Shown: positions 36,758 through 42,540 of the stretch, piece by piece | How the letters are laid out: every line of letters begins with the position of its first letter | Position numbering within the stretch: position 1 is the first letter of the stretch | Source of the DNA: Selaginella moellendorffii | Lineage: Eukaryota > Plantae > Lycopodiophyta | Assembly (NCBI RefSeq): GCF_000143415.4 | Contig: NW_003314307.1 | Location: 1,379,439-1,421,978 of the forward strand | DNA length: 42,540 nt | Direction: 5' to 3' | Made by a program: the position numbers and the translations under genes | The notes under the pieces: generated by a model | The model's input: only the letters and a program-made list of their open reading frames with translations | The model's database searches: none | Told to the model about the DNA's origin: nothing

Positions 36758-37434
36758 AACATAGAACTTTTAGGAATATGAATATATTTAGAACACTTAG
36801 ATTTTAAGAGAAAAAAAGTACAAAATGAATTGCTAAGACTAAATATTTTTTAAAGATATTAGATGCAAAGAATAAGCCAAGAATATTATCAAATTTCTAA
36901 CATTAAGAATTCAAGCACACTAATATATTAGATAATAAATTAGTAAAAGAACAAGTGCTAAACATATATTTATTAATTAGATGTTAATGCACAGTATGGT
37001 TACTTGGGATATAAGAAAATTTAGAATACTAAGATCTTAAGAACACTAATATATTATTACCCAGACTCAAACAAAATCAAAAGAAGTATTATTAAGAATA
37101 GTTTTTATTAATATAAAGAACAAGATTTAAGAACATTGATATTACTCAAAGCCAGACAAAGTTTAAAAGTAAAGAATATTAGCTTTGTGAGGTTTATTTT
37201 TCAGTGTTACAAACAAATGCATGGAGCACTTTTTTGCCACATCATTGAGCACATGCATTCCTCACACTTTCTTCACTCCACAACATAGTCATAGTCAACA
37301 GTGTGGCATCACCTTCTTCTCTCACCCTAGGCAATTGGCCACCACCCATTGGCTGAGAGTAAACATTAGCACAATTATTCGCTTAAATGTGGTTTATTCG
37401 CTAAGACGTGGTTGAAGAAATAACCCTTCTACAA
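34585..37434 (-). repeat. Right arm of ~2.9-kb inverted repeat
   Basis: Ends gaaataacccttctacaa, the reverse complement of ttgtagaagggttatttc at 26273. Confidence 0.95.
34620..35560 (+). mobile_element. Deleted Ty1/copia gag-pol fragments (right-arm copy)
   Basis: PBS-like TGGCATTAGAG at 34630. Motifs SIWKREIKYYL, WATLTAIHEQQKPANRTQLHRKLYSMPMSE (copia gag), CPHC, TIHDVYLVP..VNLLSI and LELWHQHIGH (GAG-pre-integrase). Confidence 0.72.
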
Positions 37435-37665
37435 CCAAGGCCACAATCACCGGATCCACCATCAGCTCCAAAGAAAGGGAACACCTGAAATCTGCTGGGA
37501 TAGGCACACCCCAAGCCTTGTCATCGTTGTCTATTTTGCTCAACAGTTGAGTGAAGAGCAACAAGATGTCCTATATCTCGGCCTTTTGGTCCTCCGGGGC
37601 AGCATTCTCCCCCTCTTTCTGCAAAGCTTCCAGCTCCTTCCCTAGGCTATTGTTGCATCTGATCC
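37434..37665 (-). pseudogene. Middle piece of the PUB gene: end of UND domain and first half of U-box
   Basis: GIRCNNSLGKELEALQKEGE..EI*DILLLF..GVPIPADFRCSLSLELMVDPVIVA, truncated where SGQTYER is expected. Confidence 0.88.
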
Positions 37666-37669
37666 CTAA

Positions 37670-39616
37670 TGTTATGATCCGGCACAAAAAGACAGAGATC
37701 TAGTACATCCTGTACTGCTGCTTCTCCCCTACACGTGCCTTGGTCCCCCAAGTCACGAACAAACAGCAAGTAATTCGAAAGTGCTTTTCCATTACAACAA
37801 GCCCACTTCAAAGATGTAGCAGAGAGTATAATAACTAGGGGTTGAACACCCTCGCCAAACCACACATCTTTAACGCCACCATACTCCAGCGAGATATGCT
37901 TAATACTCCACTTGATCTTTGGATCCACCTTCACCAACCAGGGCATCCCAAGGATGAGATCCATACGATAGATATCCGCAAGATAAAAAGTCTCCACAAG
38001 TGTGGTTTTGCCAACCAACACTTCTAGCCCCTCAACACAAGCATCGAAATGCTAAGCAGAGGTAGCTGCACCTTCCACTGTGTATGGAAGAACTCCGCGT
38101 GTGACCAAGCCATGCTTCGCAACAAACTTTGCCGAAACAAAGTTGTCATCGCTCCCACTATCCAGTAAAATCCGCACTGGATCGCCATGGAACACGCCCT
38201 CCAGCATTAAAGCTGATTCACGGGTATCCTCAAGCTCCATCTTGTTCCACACACAGTTGAGCTGACGAGCAACGATCGAAAGTCGCTTCCTCCGACCGGA
38301 ATGGTTGTTCTCCTCATCCTCACGCTGCAAAGTTTGCAACTTTTTAGTATCTGACTTACCGTGAGAAGAAGATTGGCCATTCTTCTTGTCCTGCTGCTTG
38401 TTCTTCAACTGCGGATAATCAGCCTTGTAGTGTCCAAGTTCCCCGCAATGATGACAACCCTGCCTAATTCTTCACAAAGAACTTCTGCTTCTTGAACCCC
38501 TTTGCATCCGAAGTAGTCACCACCGACTTCAACTTGTGATGCTTGTTCCCATCCTTGTGTCCACGGCGATCATCACGACGATTCTCGACAGAAGGACTCC
38601 AGGAACGCTTGCGAGACTTGTGCTTATCATTGTCAAGTCGACAAGCCGCATCAAAGAGCTCCTCCAAACTCTTTGTAGGCTGAGAATGACGCAAGTGTTG
38701 CCGCATGCTCTCACTATGTAGGCCATCAATGAAGTAGGACTTGTTCTGATCTTGATCCTTCATTGGAACACGACTAATCAAGCGAGTAAGCTTCTCAATA
38801 TAGTCCTCAAGCGTCATTTTCCCTTGCTGGAAATGTCGAAGTTCTATACGAGCATTCTCCACATCATAATGAGGGGCAAAACATAAACGGAAAGCAGCTT
38901 CAAACTCATCCATGGTAGACACTGGTGGTTTCTTATCCGCAACACGGGACTCCTGAAGCCAATTCCACCATCGAAGACCCACATCACGCAAAACCATCGG
39001 AATAGCCACTAAAGCCTTTGCATCCGGAGTTCCCCTAGCAGCCAAGAACTTCTTCATATTGGCTAGCCAAGCGAGACACTCATCCACACCACTATCACCG
39101 GAAAAAGTTGGAATCTTGAGTCGATTTACCAAAGAAGGCTTACTTGGAGCGCTACCCCGTCCAGCCTCGAGTGCCTCAACACGCCCACGCATGGTATCCA
39201 TCATGCCATGCATCTCGTCTTGCATCTTTTGCTGATTTCGGTTAAGGGCTCGCAACTCATGAACCACATCTTGAATGGTCCAAATCTCCGCAGCTTCGTC
39301 GGCACCATTGTTGGCACCACCATCGACAATAGGATTCCAGCGTTCAGCTTGGTCGGCCATCGCAACCAACTTCTTTGATACCAATGTTATGATCCGGCGC
39401 AAAAAAACAGAGATCTAGTCACCCTAGACTATGCTACGCCACCTCTTGAGGTTCCTCACCACCCAACCACCCTCGAGCTACCTCAAAAGCTCCATTGTGC
39501 CGCCGCTCCACTGTGAGCCTTAGGGTAGGTTAGTCCCTTACCCTAACATGCCTTAATATACCCTTGAGCCTCCCTTTGACCGACGTTGACCATGTAGTCA
39601 AAGCTGGCGCCTAACA
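37670..39616 (-). mobile_element. Internally deleted Ty3/gypsy LTR retrotransposon (5' LTR 39616-39385, PBS, gag, zinc knuckle, protease, 35-bp 3' LTR stub)
   Basis: 232-bp LTR with TG..CA ends, followed by TGGTATCAAAG (tRNA-Met-type PBS). gag motifs IPTFSGD, WWNW, QQGKMTLEDY and FIDGL; CHHCGELGH; protease LLDSGS. 37670-37704 repeats 39385-39419. GGATC flanks both sides, with 4 extra nt on one. Confidence 0.92.
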
Positions 39617-40272
39617 GATCCCCACCTTGCTTGCAATGCTCTGGAGCTTGTTTCTCCCAACGGCTTTCCCATGTCTATGTTGCAAGAGCATTGTGTTGAT
39701 TTCCTCGGCTAGCCTGCCATCGGACACGTCTACAAAGTAGCTACTATTTCCACCAGCCTGCAAGACTGTCGTTTCATTAAGGAGTTACTATCTGTAAAGA
39801 ATGTGAGAGGTGCTTGCCTTGTGAGGAAAATTCTTCAAGGCGTGCTCGATTTGCAGCGTCACTTCCTTAAATCTTGTAGTGAAAAGCTGGCAACGCCATA
39901 CCTGGAAGGAAATCTCGGTACTAAGCTAACTTTTCAAGGCTTTCACTATTAAGCTTACCTTTGCTTCCTGACATGTCCAACAAGACCTTAGCTCCTTGAA
40001 GCGCATTTTCAAGAGATCGAGCCCTTTCTCCTGTGATTGCAGATGAATCCCCCTCAGCCAGCACTGGCGCTACGGACTTGAGATATACTAGAAGCTGCAG
40101 CTGATGCGATGACAGCGAGTGCCTGCCAGAAGTGTGCAGTGCCACGATTCGCCTCCATTCCCGAAATATTTCTTTCCCGCACTCACCACCTGGACTATAG
40201 GGAAGTTCTGTGGAGCATTCTCACTCCATACCCACTCACCCTAGGAAGGCCGATCGAGGTGAGGGGATCCAT
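39617..40272 (-). pseudogene. 5' piece (UND domain) of the disrupted PUB gene
   Basis: LKSVAPVL..LENALQGAKVLL..SK|V..RFKEVTLQIEHALKNFP..KLQSIASKVGI, ending exactly at the LTR and continuing in register at 37665. The start codon is uncertain (40272 or 40229). Confidence 0.72.
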
Positions 40273-42023
40273 TGGCGGCGATGCAAACCCTAGCGACTGC
40301 TAGCGGCTGCTGTGCTGTGCTCCGCTGTGGAGCTGCTGAGGGCGGCAATTCGTATAAAATAACAAATGTACACATCAGCTCCAAGCAAGATGATTCTTTG
40401 TAAAGAATATGCTTAGATATTCTAGAATATTTTACTTATTTAATGGTTATTATTTATTTATATTAATTTATATTTGTAAGGTCTGTAAATACATATATGT
40501 ATATACATCTAGGTAAAACATTAATTATAGTACTATAGCATATGAACCAGACTGAATTTAGTCCATCAATTATTATATATAAGTAACAGTCTAAACTCCA
40601 ATTAATATAATTAATCCTATATCTCGAGCATTCATATTGATGGAGATGCAATTTGTCCTTAAAAGGCAAAGCTTTTTGGTAGTGCTTTGCTATCGTGAAT
40701 GTGACTGTAGGTATCAAAATTATTTGTCGGTGAGTCATTTTGTATATTCCTTACTGCCACGATGGCAAGAGGTTGGTATTGCTAGTTCCCTTTTCATAAA
40801 CCCTCTATGTGCCAAGTGCCATATATCACATGTCCAAGGGTAACAAAGCAGAACCTGAGTTTTATGATTGATATTGAATTTCATTAATTTCAATGAAGAT
40901 AATGTTGATAATTTGGCATTACCCTTATGTTATTGGTATTTGTGCATTTGCTAGTTAGCAACTATATTAGTGTTCAAATGAACTAAGTAGCAAGTTGAGC
41001 TAATCTTATTTTAGACAAGATTGCTTAGTAAAAGTTGAGCTTTGGCTTTTCCTTGAAAATGTGATTTAATTATGAACTATACTAACTTTAAGACAAAGAG
41101 TTAGTGATTAATATTTAAGTTTTTGATTCCTTGCTAAATTTGAGTTGGGATATATCAATCAGTGATGATTTTTTTTATGCTTATAATGAAGTGAGTTAAA
41201 TTTTGCTATAGAAAATGGATTTATAAAAGATTATTTGGTGATCACTTATTGAGTATAGCTTCATTGTGTTTGGTTTTTGAATTGATGCATATATATTCTT
41301 CATTAGTTTTTTTATTATGAAATTTAGTTTATAGATATGTTAAGGAGGATATTGTGAGTTATACTACAATATCTTCTTTGGCATTGACATTAGTTCATGC
41401 AAAACTTGTAATTTATGTAAATGAAACTTAGCTATAGCTTCTTTGAGCCTTTATGCTTATTATTCCATTTGTTAGGAGTTGTTAGGGAAGGCATTTTCAC
41501 TCATTAACTTTAATGTTGAAGTTAGTATTTGCATTTGACAATTATTGGTGATTATTAACTGTTATTTAGGAAAGTTGATTATCCTTGTCAAAGGTTTTAC
41601 TTGATTATTTTTTATATAGAATAATTTACTGTTCTTTAAACTAGTGGATTATTTCTTCTATGATAATTATGCATCTCTTTATTGATGAGATGATTGATGA
41701 TCTTTCATGATAATTAGTTATTCTCTTTGATAGTCTATGGTTTTTCACATTACCATATATTTTTATAGTTTACTCTAAATTGGTTTCTTGAGTTTGAGAT
41801 ATTGGAAGGATGTTGCTGACACTTACTTAAACAACTTGAGTTCCTTTATATTGTTGACTGGGATCTATTTAGATTGGCTAATGCAATAATTGGCATAAAT
41901 ATTATGTTTGTTTGTTTTGTAATATTCATTCTGTTTTGATGATTGTTGCTACAGTTGGTTCTGATAGATTGAATATTATTTTATTTGGGTGATACATTCA
42001 TGAATATATTGTTTGTCTATCAA

Positions 42024-42540
42024 TGTAGCGCACGTGGTTTTGACCCTTTATCCTATGGTGATTTACCATAGGATAACACCACGAAGCGGAACGTAAACCC
42101 TCTTTGTGCCACGTGACAGATGCCACGTGTCACATACCACGTGTCCAAAGGAATGTGGTGTGGAACTCGAGGTTCAGAGCCTTGGGCCAGTGAACGAAGG
42201 AACAGTGCCAAACTCCCAAGCGTGAAGCCAAGGAGTGATGGAACTAGACCACAGAGCAACTCCCGAGCATATAGCCCAAGGAGCGAAGGGACAGGAGTCC
42301 GGAGTGACTTGGAACAGTCCTGGAGCAACCAACATCCCAATGCCAGGACTAACACACAAAACAGAGCCAAACGGAGTCTGGCGCTATTTCAACATACAAG
42401 TGGCCTAACGTGAGGATATGGGTACTCCACTAGCTAGCATGGAATGGAACTTGGGCTTAGACCCAAGCCGGATGCAGAACAAGGACAAGCACGCAAGCGG
42501 GAGCTAGACTATGCCTCAGGTTGGTGGCCATGCCCGACCG
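42024..42540 (+). mobile_element. Start of an LTR-like repeat running off the window
   Basis: Sharp AT-to-GC transition beginning TGTAGC. An inverted homolog lies at 30415-30925. Confidence 0.7.

Noticed and set aside
26273-37434. Inverted repeat as an assembly artefact
   Set aside because: The arms differ by many substitutions, ~20-bp indels and (TA)n length. A haplotype-merging error is not fully excluded without reads.
38409-38470. Programmed gag-pol frameshift
   Set aside because: The shift falls before the zinc knuckle in an element with other stops and a Cys-to-Tyr change, so decay is the simpler explanation.

Overview
Eukaryotic, plant-type genomic DNA. Very dense genes with ~60-bp GT-AG introns suggest a compact genome such as the lycophyte Selaginella (inference). 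1-3.6 kb is repeat and Ty3/gypsy debris. 4.3-20.5 kb is an intact gene block: DDX42/RH24 DEAD-box helicase (-), long OVATE-family protein (+), TPD1-like peptide (+), ADP-glucose pyrophosphorylase small subunit (+), a Kir/KirBac-fold channel lacking the TVGYG filter (+), ERH (-) and a CBS-CBS-PB1 protein (+). 20.7-40.3 kb appears to be one UND/U-box/ARM (PUB) E3-ligase gene broken into three collinear minus-strand pieces. It is split by a deleted gypsy element and by ~16 kb of other DNA. That DNA holds a Crinkler-like header+P-loop NTPase+PD-(D/E)XK gene with one frameshift and a ~2.9-kb-arm inverted repeat enclosing a dead hAT transposase. The window ends in AT-rich repeat and an LTR-like sequence. 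Exon boundaries were inferred by eye and no searches were run.
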